A stretch of DNA of 64,000 bases, from the IMG/VR virus record IMGVR_UViG_3300020442_000006, positions 32,001 through 96,000 of that record. One strand, given 5' to 3'. A model generated the notes under the pieces. That model saw only the letters and a program-made list of their open reading frames with translations, searched no databases and was not told where the DNA came from. The DNA comes from a virus. Position 1 is the first letter of the stretch. Each line of letters starts with the position of its first letter. The position numbers and the translations under genes were made by a program. This document shows positions 44,768-53,666 of this stretch, in pieces.

Positions 44768-46258
44768 CTAAGAATCTTCTGTCTTATATAGGGTAGTTTG
44801 ATAATACTCCAACGGTGTTGGATAGTCTGGATCACGTTTAGTTAGGTGATCCATAAACATATCGTCAAAGTCGGGTGATTCGTAACCATCGTGTGCTTTG
44901 ATGACATCGAACCTGTCAGGAATTATATCATATTCATACCCACCTAGCAAGTATAATGCACCCTCAGACAGGTAGTTTAGATTTCCAATCTGTTCGAATC
45001 TCTGTGTCAACACATCAGGGAACTCTGATTGAAAGTTCATTTGATTATAGTGTTTCCAGAATGGTGTGTCATCCCTAGGACTTAGACAATAGTGTGCCAA
45101 TACGAAATCCTTGAATGACTGTAGTCTTCGCTTGGATCCCCAGTTGAATTGTTCTCTGATAAAACCATTGTAGTTGTCCCTCTCTTTAGGAAGAACCTGT
45201 ATCAGATTGAATAAGAACTCGTGTACTGAGTATAGTCCACCTGATTCTAGTGGTTCAATGAAACCACCTGCCAATCCAATAGACACTACATTCTTCTTCC
45301 ATATCTCCTTCCTTACACCTGTAGGGAACTCAAGGAATCTGAATTCCTGTTCATCACCTACACCTAAATGCTGTTTGAATTCTGTTAGTGCATCCTCTTT
45401 GGATTGATGACGGGAAGAGAATACATAACCCGTTCCAATTCGTGACCACGTGGGTGCTCTCCATACCCATCCACTGCTCATTCCTGTGCAGTTTGTGTAT
45501 GCAACTAATTCTTTTGCTTTGTCCTTATATGGTATTCTCGTTGTCCACGCTGAGTCACAACACAATTCATCTACACCACAAATATCTGAGTTCCACGCTT
45601 CCCACTCGGATCCTACTTCATTGCTAAGGATCGCAGCAAAACCTGTGCAGTCTATAAAAAGGTCTGCATCGTGCCAATCGCCACTAGAAACGCGAACTCT
45701 GCTAATCCCATCCACGCAGGATTCAATCTCGCGGACTGTATCTTCAATAAGTTTAACACCTTTAGGAATTGCATAGTTGTGTTTTAGATATTCTGCAAAG
45801 GAAATAGCGTCGAAATGGTAACCAACGTTAAAATGAGTGAGATCTGGGATAAGTTTGCCATTTTCGGCACCGCGTACTGTGTCTGAATATATCAGACCAA
45901 ACGTCATACTGTCAATGTGTCCAACCTTTCTCCAAGTGTAGTAATCAGCAACAGATGCAGGACCTTCAGTCTTGCCGAATGGGTAATGAAAAGGACCCTT
46001 CGGATTGAAGTTCTCGAACCGTACACTGTGCTTATACGTTGCGTCACACTTAGGCATCCAGTCCTCATCCTTGAGACCAAGATACCTGACAAATGTATTA
46101 AAAAATTGTGTTGTCGCTTCTCCCACACCAATTCGAGGTGTAGTAGGAGATTCGATCAACACAATCTCTTTTGTATTACCAAAATGTTTCGCTAGAACAC
46201 TAGCGGTCATCCACCCTGCACTGCCACCACCGACAATACAGATTTTATGTAGTTGCAT
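44768..46258 (-). CDS. prnA: Flavin-dependent halogenase 2
   Basis: GGGSAG, VGEAT, ATYK, GYHFDA, FIDCTGF, WVWRAP (variant), FIEPLESGG. Confidence 0.92.
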   Translation of the reverse strand: MQLHKICIVGGGSAGWMTASVLAKHFGNTKEIVLIESPTTPRIGVGEATTQFFNTFVRYLGLKDEDWMPKCDATYKHSVRFENFNPKGPFHYPFGKTEGPASVADYYTWRKVGHIDSMTFGLIYSDTVRGAENGKLIPDLTHFNVGYHFDAISFAEYLKHNYAIPKGVKLIEDTVREIESCVDGISRVRVSSGDWHDADLFIDCTGFAAILSNEVGSEWEAWNSDICGVDELCCDSAWTTRIPYKDKAKELVAYTNCTGMSSGWVWRAPTWSRIGTGYVFSSRHQSKEDALTEFKQHLGVGDEQEFRFLEFPTGVRKEIWKKNVVSIGLAGGFIEPLESGGLYSVHEFLFNLIQVLPKERDNYNGFIREQFNWGSKRRLQSFKDFVLAHYCLSPRDDTPFWKHYNQMNFQSEFPDVLTQRFEQIGNLNYLSEGALYLLGGYEYDIIPDRFDVIKAHDGYESPDFDDMFMDHLTKRDPDYPTPLEYYQTTLYKTEDS

Positions 46259-46264
46259 ACCAAA

Positions 46265-46783
46265 TTAGAGTTCTTCGTAGGTTCTTCCCCAGTTAGAGTA
46301 TCTCTCCCAACAAGGTTGTTCTTGTGTTGAGAGTTTGCAGGGTCTGCTAGTAGCAGGTTCTACGTTGTCAGACATAAATTCTGCAATTTCTTCCTCTGTC
46401 ATCGTGGGATCCATTGGTTCCTCAACTGATGAAGGTGAAGTTGTGTTTTCTTTAACTGTCTTGACGTGATTATACCAAAGAGCATCGTCTGCTGTCAACG
46501 CTCTGCCTGCTGCGAGGTCTTTGTAGAGCATATCCAACTGTGCTCCCACCTCACCATATGCAACTCTACGTGTAGTAGCAGGATCTGCATATGTTTCTGT
46601 TCTCTTGACCCAGATCATATCCTCTGCCGAGGGTGACCACTCAAGTGTCCAAACCTTAGTAATATCGTCAGGTGCATTCACCCACATCTGTGCACAACCA
46701 CGACCAAGGAATAGTGCGTATTCCTCCCCTGGTTCTACGATGTCAGCGACATACCCTGTGAAATCCATCAATGCTTTTTTCAT
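46265..46783 (-). CDS. Putative tail fibre assembly/chaperone protein
   Basis: YGEVGAQLDMLYKDL...WYNHVKTVKE motif; directly after a fibre gene. Confidence 0.55.
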   Translation of the reverse strand: MKKALMDFTGYVADIVEPGEEYALFLGRGCAQMWVNAPDDITKVWTLEWSPSAEDMIWVKRTETYADPATTRRVAYGEVGAQLDMLYKDLAAGRALTADDALWYNHVKTVKENTTSPSSVEEPMDPTMTEEEIAEFMSDNVEPATSRPCKLSTQEQPCWERYSNWGRTYEEL

Positions 46784-46792
46784 CGTGACCCC

Positions 46793-47593
46793 TTATTTGT
46801 AGTTGATAACAGTAACAACACCATACTTACCGTTTGAACCACGGAAAGAGTGGAAGTGACCACCTGAACCACCAGAACCATATGCTGAGTGATCTTGGTG
46901 ATTATGACTGAAGTTTCCACCATTTGGCCAACCTGCAGCAACAGATCCTCCAAAGTGAGAAGGTCCACCAGTTCCACCACCGTGAGCAGCGTGGGACTGT
47001 CCACCACCACCCCAGATGTTCAAGTCTCCACCAGAACCATTTCTGCCGAGACCACCTGAGTGTGAGTTATTTCTTGCAGCACCGTGTCCTCCACCTGCTG
47101 ACATATAAGGACCGAATGAAGATGATCCTCCATCACCACCACGGTTGAAGTACCAAGTACCACCGCCACCACCACCAATAGTGATACCAACGGATGAAAT
47201 GTTTGCCACAGACATCACACGTTCGGAGTAACCTCCTGCACCGCCTGATTCACCGTGACCCGCACCTCCTCCACCGCCGCCTTGTACGCGAACGTGGATA
47301 TACTTGACACCACTTGGTCTGTTCCAAGTACCATTACCTGTCCAAACCTGTAGTGATGAAATGTTTTCTGAACTTACGTCTGTCCAAGACATTGACGAAC
47401 CGTTCGTGGTAAGAAACTTACCACTCTGACCTGAGACACTAGGCACAATCTGACTAGATGAACCTGACATCGTACCGTTAACGGTCAAGTTACTAACAGT
47501 CAGCGTACCATTAGCAGTAATATTACCAGATGCGAGGGTAAAACCGCCAATGCCAGACAGGTCTCTAATAGATGCAACTTTGAGTGTACTCAT
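46793..47593 (-). CDS. Glycine-rich tail fibre/adhesin protein
   Basis: MSTLKVASIRDLSG fibre-type N-terminus, GQSGKFLTTNGS, TWNRPSGVKYIHVRVQGGGGGG, then polyglycine motifs. Confidence 0.75.
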   Translation of the reverse strand: MSTLKVASIRDLSGIGGFTLASGNITANGTLTVSNLTVNGTMSGSSSQIVPSVSGQSGKFLTTNGSSMSWTDVSSENISSLQVWTGNGTWNRPSGVKYIHVRVQGGGGGGAGHGESGGAGGYSERVMSVANISSVGITIGGGGGGTWYFNRGGDGGSSSFGPYMSAGGGHGAARNNSHSGGLGRNGSGGDLNIWGGGGQSHAAHGGGTGGPSHFGGSVAAGWPNGGNFSHNHQDHSAYGSGGSGGHFHSFRGSNGKYGVVTVINYK

Positions 47594-47621
47594 TTTAGCC
47601 TGTTAAAATTTCCTCGTTAGT

Positions 47622-47629
47622 TATTTATA
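47622..47629 (-). promoter_or_regulatory. T4-type late promoter
   Basis: Perfect TATAAATA 29 nt upstream of the ATG at 47593. Confidence 0.8.
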
Positions 47630-47631
47630 CA

Positions 47632-48165
47632 TTATGTAGGTGGCACAGGGCGTTCGAAACCAGAAGGGAGATAAGGTTGGTCTCTTTCCCATTGCTCATC
47701 ATCAGGATAGTATCCTTCGTGATACACAACTGTGTTCGCAGGATTCTCTCTCTGAGTAGACGGATCCTGATAATCAGGAACTTCAATCGTCTCTCTATGA
47801 ATCATTGATTTAGTATCGTCTCCTGCCCACATTTGAACAGAATACTTAACCTCTGTATTTAGCACAGGTAGTGATACTGTTAGTTGATACTTATCATCAC
47901 TTGATAAGATGTTATCAAGTTGTGTCGTAAAGATCTGAAATCCAGAAGGTTCAGAGACTGAGATACCAACTCTTAACCCATCCTCCCATTTCAGTTTGTA
48001 TTCTCCAAATTTCCTTACGCTCATTTTAATAGTGACATCTCTAGATTTAATCGTAGAGAATCCACTACCAATACTTGTGTCTTCTCCCAAATCGAAGACT
48101 ACAGCAGCAACGTTATACTTTTCGTATTGATCGTCTGCTGTTTTTGGGTCGTAAATTGTTGCCAT
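47632..48165 (-). CDS. Hypothetical virion-associated protein (177 aa)
   Basis: ORF track; within the fibre module. Confidence 0.7.
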   Translation of the reverse strand: MATIYDPKTADDQYEKYNVAAVVFDLGEDTSIGSGFSTIKSRDVTIKMSVRKFGEYKLKWEDGLRVGISVSEPSGFQIFTTQLDNILSSDDKYQLTVSLPVLNTEVKYSVQMWAGDDTKSMIHRETIEVPDYQDPSTQRENPANTVVYHEGYYPDDEQWERDQPYLPSGFERPVPPT

Positions 48166-48167
48166 AA

Positions 48168-49151
48168 TTAACTTACAATGTAACCAAGAGTGGCAATACC
48201 TGATCCACCATTAGGTTGTGCATAACCCTGTCTAAACTGAGAAGAGTTATCCCCTGGGGTATTCCAGTCACCATTACTTATATAACCACCAACGTGGTAT
48301 GGAGAAGAAATCCAAGAATTACCTCCACCACCACCTGCGGCACCGTTACAGTCACAACCTGGGTTTCCACCACAGTTACCTGCATTGTAACCGCCGCCAC
48401 CGCCGCCTCCACCTGAAGCGTCGTTCCCTGGTCTGCCACACTCATCACCGTTGGTATCACTGTTACCACCTGCTGATCCACCCTGTGAACCACACTGTCC
48501 GTTTGCTCCTCTTTGTCCACCTGCTCCACCATTACCTGCACCAGAGCAACCTTCACGACCTCCACCTCCGCCGCCTGCACCTGCGACTTGAAGGATGTGA
48601 TCACTCGACATACTTACTCCAAGTGGTGAGAAAAGCATAGTTGCTGCTCCTCCTCCACCTCCTCCTGCTGAACATCCTCTGCAAGAAGCGTGTGTACCAC
48701 GTCCCCCTGAACCATAACCAGATCCATTGGTACCGTTTCCACCGCCACCCCAACATCCGTAGCATCCGTTTCCTCCTCCACCGCCGCCACCGACGTAGAT
48801 TCTCATTCTGCCACCTGCATTAACCCAAGAATCTTGAACTGTAATCTCACCATATGACATACCACCTGCACCACCGTTGGCACCACCTTGACCGCCGCGG
48901 CCACCTGCAGCACCCCACATCCAAACGTATAGAGTTGCACCTGCACCACCACGAATGTATAGACTATTATCTCCTGTGCTTGTAAATCTGTGGAACCTGA
49001 AGTTCAATCCGTTATATGCTTGATCGAATACAGTTCCGTTATCATCAGCAATAATTCTGATAGCACCACCGCCACCTGCTCCACCACCACGAGAACATAG
49101 TGTGGACGACAGGGGATTGAACATCCCAGAATAACCAATGTTAGTTGACAT
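48168..49151 (-). CDS. Glycine-rich, Cys-containing fibre tip/adhesin protein
   Basis: VWMWGAAGGRGG, IYVGGGGGGG, VAGAGGGGGG; CxxC and CxC pairs in the inter-Gly loops. Confidence 0.7.
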   Translation of the reverse strand: MSTNIGYSGMFNPLSSTLCSRGGGAGGGGAIRIIADDNGTVFDQAYNGLNFRFHRFTSTGDNSLYIRGGAGATLYVWMWGAAGGRGGQGGANGGAGGMSYGEITVQDSWVNAGGRMRIYVGGGGGGGNGCYGCWGGGGNGTNGSGYGSGGRGTHASCRGCSAGGGGGGAATMLFSPLGVSMSSDHILQVAGAGGGGGGREGCSGAGNGGAGGQRGANGQCGSQGGSAGGNSDTNGDECGRPGNDASGGGGGGGGYNAGNCGGNPGCDCNGAAGGGGGNSWISSPYHVGGYISNGDWNTPGDNSSQFRQGYAQPNGGSGIATLGYIVS

Positions 49152-49153
49152 AA

Positions 49154-50020
49154 TTATGCAGGATAATATCCAGTAGCAGAACCAAAGATAGTGAATGAAT
49201 GTTGATTGGTATTTGGTGTGTAAACCAATGCGAATGACACAACCACATAGTTATCATCATCACCCCAAGCGGGTTCGTTACCACCTGACCAGTAGATTGT
49301 TGTTCCTTGTCCGTTAACGTTAACTGAGGTAGGAATACCCTCACCACCTGCGTTCTTGATAGCAACAGTCATACCATATGCGTGTGCACCATCAGTAGGA
49401 ACGTTGGTGAAACTGATAGTAAAGTTACCACCACCAGTTTTGTTGATCCAGATAGAGTTTGAATTATTGTAATCGTGAGTTAGAGAACCACTTGTTGTGT
49501 AATAGTAAACGCTCTCTTTTGTTTCACCGTAATGAAGTGTACCAGTGAATGTAGCGTGCTGTGATTCAATATCAACAAATTCAGCGTATGACAGGTCATC
49601 GTCACCGAGCAATGTCCAAGATGCACCGTTCTCGATAGTAACTGTATAACCTGAGTCAATTTGGATAGGACCCGCTGAGAATCCGTTTGTGAACTCTACA
49701 CCACCGTTTGCAGTAGGACCGACAGTTAAGTTCTCTTGAATATTTGTACCGTTCGTTCTAATGATAGAACCTTCACCAATAGCAGGACCACCTCCACCAA
49801 CGTCTGTCCACCCAGGGTTACCTTGGTTGGCATCTTGTTTGTAGATCTGTGCCATATCCTCGGTGTTATTATACACCAAGGTACCAAACGCGGGTGTACC
49901 TAGAGAGTTAACCTGCGATTGGTTCAGAGAGGGGAGATTTAATTGTTCGGAAATAGACCACGCTTCGACCAAACCTCTGGTCGTTGCTTGAATCTGATTA
50001 CCATTAATCTTTGTTGACAT
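49154..50020 (-). CDS. Virion fibre protein (288 aa)
   Basis: GGGGP...IIRTN...IQENLTV...SAGPIQIDSGYTVTIENGASW motif typical of cyanophage fibres. Confidence 0.7.
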   Translation of the reverse strand: MSTKINGNQIQATTRGLVEAWSISEQLNLPSLNQSQVNSLGTPAFGTLVYNNTEDMAQIYKQDANQGNPGWTDVGGGGPAIGEGSIIRTNGTNIQENLTVGPTANGGVEFTNGFSAGPIQIDSGYTVTIENGASWTLLGDDDLSYAEFVDIESQHATFTGTLHYGETKESVYYYTTSGSLTHDYNNSNSIWINKTGGGNFTISFTNVPTDGAHAYGMTVAIKNAGGEGIPTSVNVNGQGTTIYWSGGNEPAWGDDDNYVVVSFALVYTPNTNQHSFTIFGSATGYYPA

Positions 50021-50044
50021 AGGATCCTACCGTTCCTGTTCTAT

Positions 50045-53000
50045 TTAGATGACTAGTTCTCTGATCTGGATCACATCACCAGTAGAGGGTGGAGTACCGA
50101 TTGAGAAGTCAACAGCGTTGCCGCTAACTTGATAGTCAGTGCCTGGGATTTGGGCGACACCATTCAAGAACACAAGAACAGAGAAAGAGGTATGCCCTGG
50201 GGAAATAGCAAAGGATGATGTTGACCCGTTACCATTGTATGTGACCCCGTTGTTATTGTTAGCAAGACCAGTTGCAAGTCTATACTTATCAGCAGCACCA
50301 TACTTACCAGTGACATCAAGGTCACCAGAAATGAATGTGTTACCACTGATCTTCATTCTATTGGAAGCATCAGGTGCCATTCCAATACCATAGTTAGTAA
50401 CACCTGAGAACCTGCGTGCAGTAATAGGTGAGGTATCTGTCATACCAAACTTATACCATACACCTGCATCATAGATCCAACCAAGTGAATCACCTGCCTG
50501 CCAGTCAATGTTATAGATAATATCACCATCGTTAAATGCTAATGCACCATCAATATCTGGTTGACCTGACCCATCATCTTCTGCAAGGAACGTCTGCTTT
50601 AGTACAGTTCCATCGTCGTTGGAGTATGTTAACTTCAGAGTCTGAATATTTTCCTGAGAAGTAATTCTCTTCTGGAATGTAACAGGACCTGAGAATACAG
50701 ATTCCAACTGGTTAGATGCACCACCGATAACAGTTAGTTTGTCGGTAAGAACGATCTCGGAGAAGGTCTCAATAGTTGTACCTTCTTCACCCAAGACGTT
50801 CAACTGTGCAATATCTTCGTTAGTGATCTGACCTGTAACTGGGTTAATAACTTGGTTACCAACGAATAGTTCACCGTCAGAGTTAACACCTGAATAGTAT
50901 GCCACACCTGCTGCTTCCTTCAGGGACTGAGACAGTCTGACCTGTGCGGGTGATAGAACTTCCACCTGTGTAGATGGGAATGCAGTTGAGTAGTTCCCTG
51001 GTCCGAATCCAAGGTATTCAAACGTGTGACCAGATGCTCTAAGAATAGAGTATCTTCTTAGTTCACATAGGATAGGAGCAACAGAGTTATCAGCATTCAA
51101 CTTCAGAGGAATCTTTCTCTCTTCTTCATCACCAAGACGTGCAGTAACAACAATACTGTTCAGTGTATTAGATGTTGTGTTATATCCTAAGTTATTTTCC
51201 TGTTCAAGTAAGAAGAACTGAGTTGTCTCTTTAGTGATAGAGAGTTTAGTATCTTCATTTGGTGTAGGTGTAGCACCATCAGTTGTTGTAACAACACCAA
51301 GCACATCATTGTCAGCGACTGATACAGCAGGACCTGGGTCTGCTACTGGGTTGTCTCTGTCAAATGCAGGGTATAGATCAACTGTCTGCTGTGAGAATGC
51401 GAAGTCATCAAAGTTTGAAGTTGAAGGTGCAACTGATGCATTCAGGAATGTCAGATAGTAGATACCATCCTTCAGACCTCTTTCGAACTCTTGATATGTT
51501 TCTACTTCGTAGATGTAATATGTTTTGTCGTATGCAGGTGAGTTAGTCTCTGAAGATCTAGGTTGTACCACGAAACCAGTAATGGGTTGCCTAGGAATCG
51601 GGAACGCATCCTTGTCCAGTACATATCTAAATCTGTAAATTCTATCCTTAAGGTCTCTTGCGTCGGGAACTCTTCGGATGAATGATGTAGGTGTGAATCC
51701 AAGATTTTGATACTGACTGTTAGCGATTAGAGTTGTATAGATGTCGTTCTGGTTAGAATCTACCTGTAGATACCAGTTAGACTGGTTGGCATCATACTTG
51801 ATAGGTGAGTTGTCATCACCTGGGGATGTACCAGTAACGTCTTGTCCTGAAGGATCAATCTTTGCTGTGTGTGTTGTAGGAGCATTTGCACCAGATGCGA
51901 TCAACAGCACATTGATCTTGTCAGGCAATGTGGGTGAATCTCTTCTAGCACCAATGGTATAACCCTGAATCTTAGAGGGTGGTTTGGCATTCTCGTTTGT
52001 ATAACCGTAGAGATATAACTTAGTTGGGTCTGCTGCTGCACGAATCTTATTAATATCAAATGTAACCCAGTTGATAGAGATCTCAGGTACGTCAGAAATA
52101 TCTTTTGGTGGGATTACGTGAGTAATCTGTCCTGCCTTATCTTTTGTAAATGCTGCTGACTTGAATCCTTTTGATCGTAGCGACGTGTTTCCGAAGTTTG
52201 AGTTACTGTTAGTAATAGAAAGGTCACCACCGCTGTCAGAAAAGAAATGGTCACCAAATCCCACAGCAAACACAGACACAACCTGAATGAAACTGTCGTT
52301 GGATGCTTTAATGTGGACGTGACGCCATCCTTTACGGTATTTGCATAGACCGTTAATGTGTGCACCAGATCCAGATGCCTGTGCTTCATAGTTACCTGTT
52401 GATGGATTATAAAGTACAAATGCACGGTCATCCTTTTGTAGAGAGATACCCGTGAACTGTGCCACAACCATTGATTTGAAACCAGTTGCCTTCGAACCAT
52501 CGGCGTGCATACCACAAATACCCCACACTGAGCGGAGAGAGCAGTTGAACACATATGGTGACGCTGAGTCAACAGTATCAATCTCAACTTTAACCAGTAC
52601 GTTAGAACCAATAGCATTACCTGACGGTTCTGCTGACATCTGATAAGTAAACTGGTTACCCTGTGCTGACGTTACAAGGAATGATCCGTTGTATAGGTTA
52701 GCATCTGCTTCAGTTGGTCCCGTGACACCTGAGATATTAACAGCAACACCCACAGAGAAACCGTGGTTGACAGGGTTATCCTGAATATCAACTGTGAAAG
52801 CAGTTGCAGTTTGACCATTACGGATGATCTGAGAGACTCTAAATTCGTCAGAAATCGGACCAACGATTCTGTTTTCCTCGACCCTTGCCTGCAACTGGTC
52901 TTGTGCGATAGTTCCAGATGTGTCAGGAATTGTTGCGTATGCCTTCGAGATCTTCTGGTAGTAGAGATCAAGGTCATTAACCGTAGCGTATTCAAAGCAG

Positions 53001-53620
53001 GTAATCTTGTGGTGTGAGAAGTTTGGAGCAATAGTATCTGCAACGTCTCCTCTATAATATACCCCGTTATTGTCCCCGTCGAAGAAGGACATCTGCCAGA
53101 AGTAAGTACCACCAGTCAGTCTGAAGATTGCTGACGCTGTTGGTTCGTTTGCACCTGTGATACCAAGTGATGCGTTGATAGTAGGATATGGAACATACTT
53201 AGGAATGATCTTAGTTCTTCTAAGGTCAGATCCAACAACAGAACAACCCCTTGGGACGATGATTCCACCGTCTACGGAGTTGAACTTGTAAAGAATATTG
53301 TTTGGTGAGGTGAGATCGAAGTTAGTGTTCTCGTCAAATGGTGTGATCTCGTTGAAATTACTTGTCCCTGGTCTATTATCTAAAACGTACTCTGAAGGAT
53401 ATAGGTATATACTGAATGCGTCAAATTCGTCATTACTAAGTCCAACTCTATATGAAAATCTAGATACCTCAAGGAAGGCACGTTGCAACGTCTTAAAAGG
53501 ACGCAACGCTGAGTTACCTCGGTTGTCGTAAGCATCCGATGCATCAAAGTCGTCGGGGTTGACGTAAATAATACGACCAGTCCTCGACGTGATGATATTT
53601 TTAAGACGTGTTAGTGCCAT
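50045..53620 (-). CDS. Large virion structural protein (1191 aa)
   Basis: IIYVNPDDFDASD...GNSALRPFKTLQRA N-terminus, beta-helix-like middle, and C-terminal YNGNGSTSSFAI...VFLNGVAQIPGTDY module. Confidence 0.75.
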   Translation of the reverse strand: MALTRLKNIITSRTGRIIYVNPDDFDASDAYDNRGNSALRPFKTLQRAFLEVSRFSYRVGLSNDEFDAFSIYLYPSEYVLDNRPGTSNFNEITPFDENTNFDLTSPNNILYKFNSVDGGIIVPRGCSVVGSDLRRTKIIPKYVPYPTINASLGITGANEPTASAIFRLTGGTYFWQMSFFDGDNNGVYYRGDVADTIAPNFSHHKITCFEYATVNDLDLYYQKISKAYATIPDTSGTIAQDQLQARVEENRIVGPISDEFRVSQIIRNGQTATAFTVDIQDNPVNHGFSVGVAVNISGVTGPTEADANLYNGSFLVTSAQGNQFTYQMSAEPSGNAIGSNVLVKVEIDTVDSASPYVFNCSLRSVWGICGMHADGSKATGFKSMVVAQFTGISLQKDDRAFVLYNPSTGNYEAQASGSGAHINGLCKYRKGWRHVHIKASNDSFIQVVSVFAVGFGDHFFSDSGGDLSITNSNSNFGNTSLRSKGFKSAAFTKDKAGQITHVIPPKDISDVPEISINWVTFDINKIRAAADPTKLYLYGYTNENAKPPSKIQGYTIGARRDSPTLPDKINVLLIASGANAPTTHTAKIDPSGQDVTGTSPGDDNSPIKYDANQSNWYLQVDSNQNDIYTTLIANSQYQNLGFTPTSFIRRVPDARDLKDRIYRFRYVLDKDAFPIPRQPITGFVVQPRSSETNSPAYDKTYYIYEVETYQEFERGLKDGIYYLTFLNASVAPSTSNFDDFAFSQQTVDLYPAFDRDNPVADPGPAVSVADNDVLGVVTTTDGATPTPNEDTKLSITKETTQFFLLEQENNLGYNTTSNTLNSIVVTARLGDEEERKIPLKLNADNSVAPILCELRRYSILRASGHTFEYLGFGPGNYSTAFPSTQVEVLSPAQVRLSQSLKEAAGVAYYSGVNSDGELFVGNQVINPVTGQITNEDIAQLNVLGEEGTTIETFSEIVLTDKLTVIGGASNQLESVFSGPVTFQKRITSQENIQTLKLTYSNDDGTVLKQTFLAEDDGSGQPDIDGALAFNDGDIIYNIDWQAGDSLGWIYDAGVWYKFGMTDTSPITARRFSGVTNYGIGMAPDASNRMKISGNTFISGDLDVTGKYGAADKYRLATGLANNNNGVTYNGNGSTSSFAISPGHTSFSVLVFLNGVAQIPGTDYQVSGNAVDFSIGTPPSTGDVIQIRELVI

Positions 53621-53666
53621 CTTCTATAGGAATCCTGTCTATATGGTTATTTATTAGGGGTTGGGA

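Noticed and set aside
48168-49151. GC-rich ccaccacc tracts as DNA tandem repeats or a diversity-generating target
   Set aside because: Explained by polyglycine codons; I saw no template/variable repeat pair or reverse transcriptase in the window.
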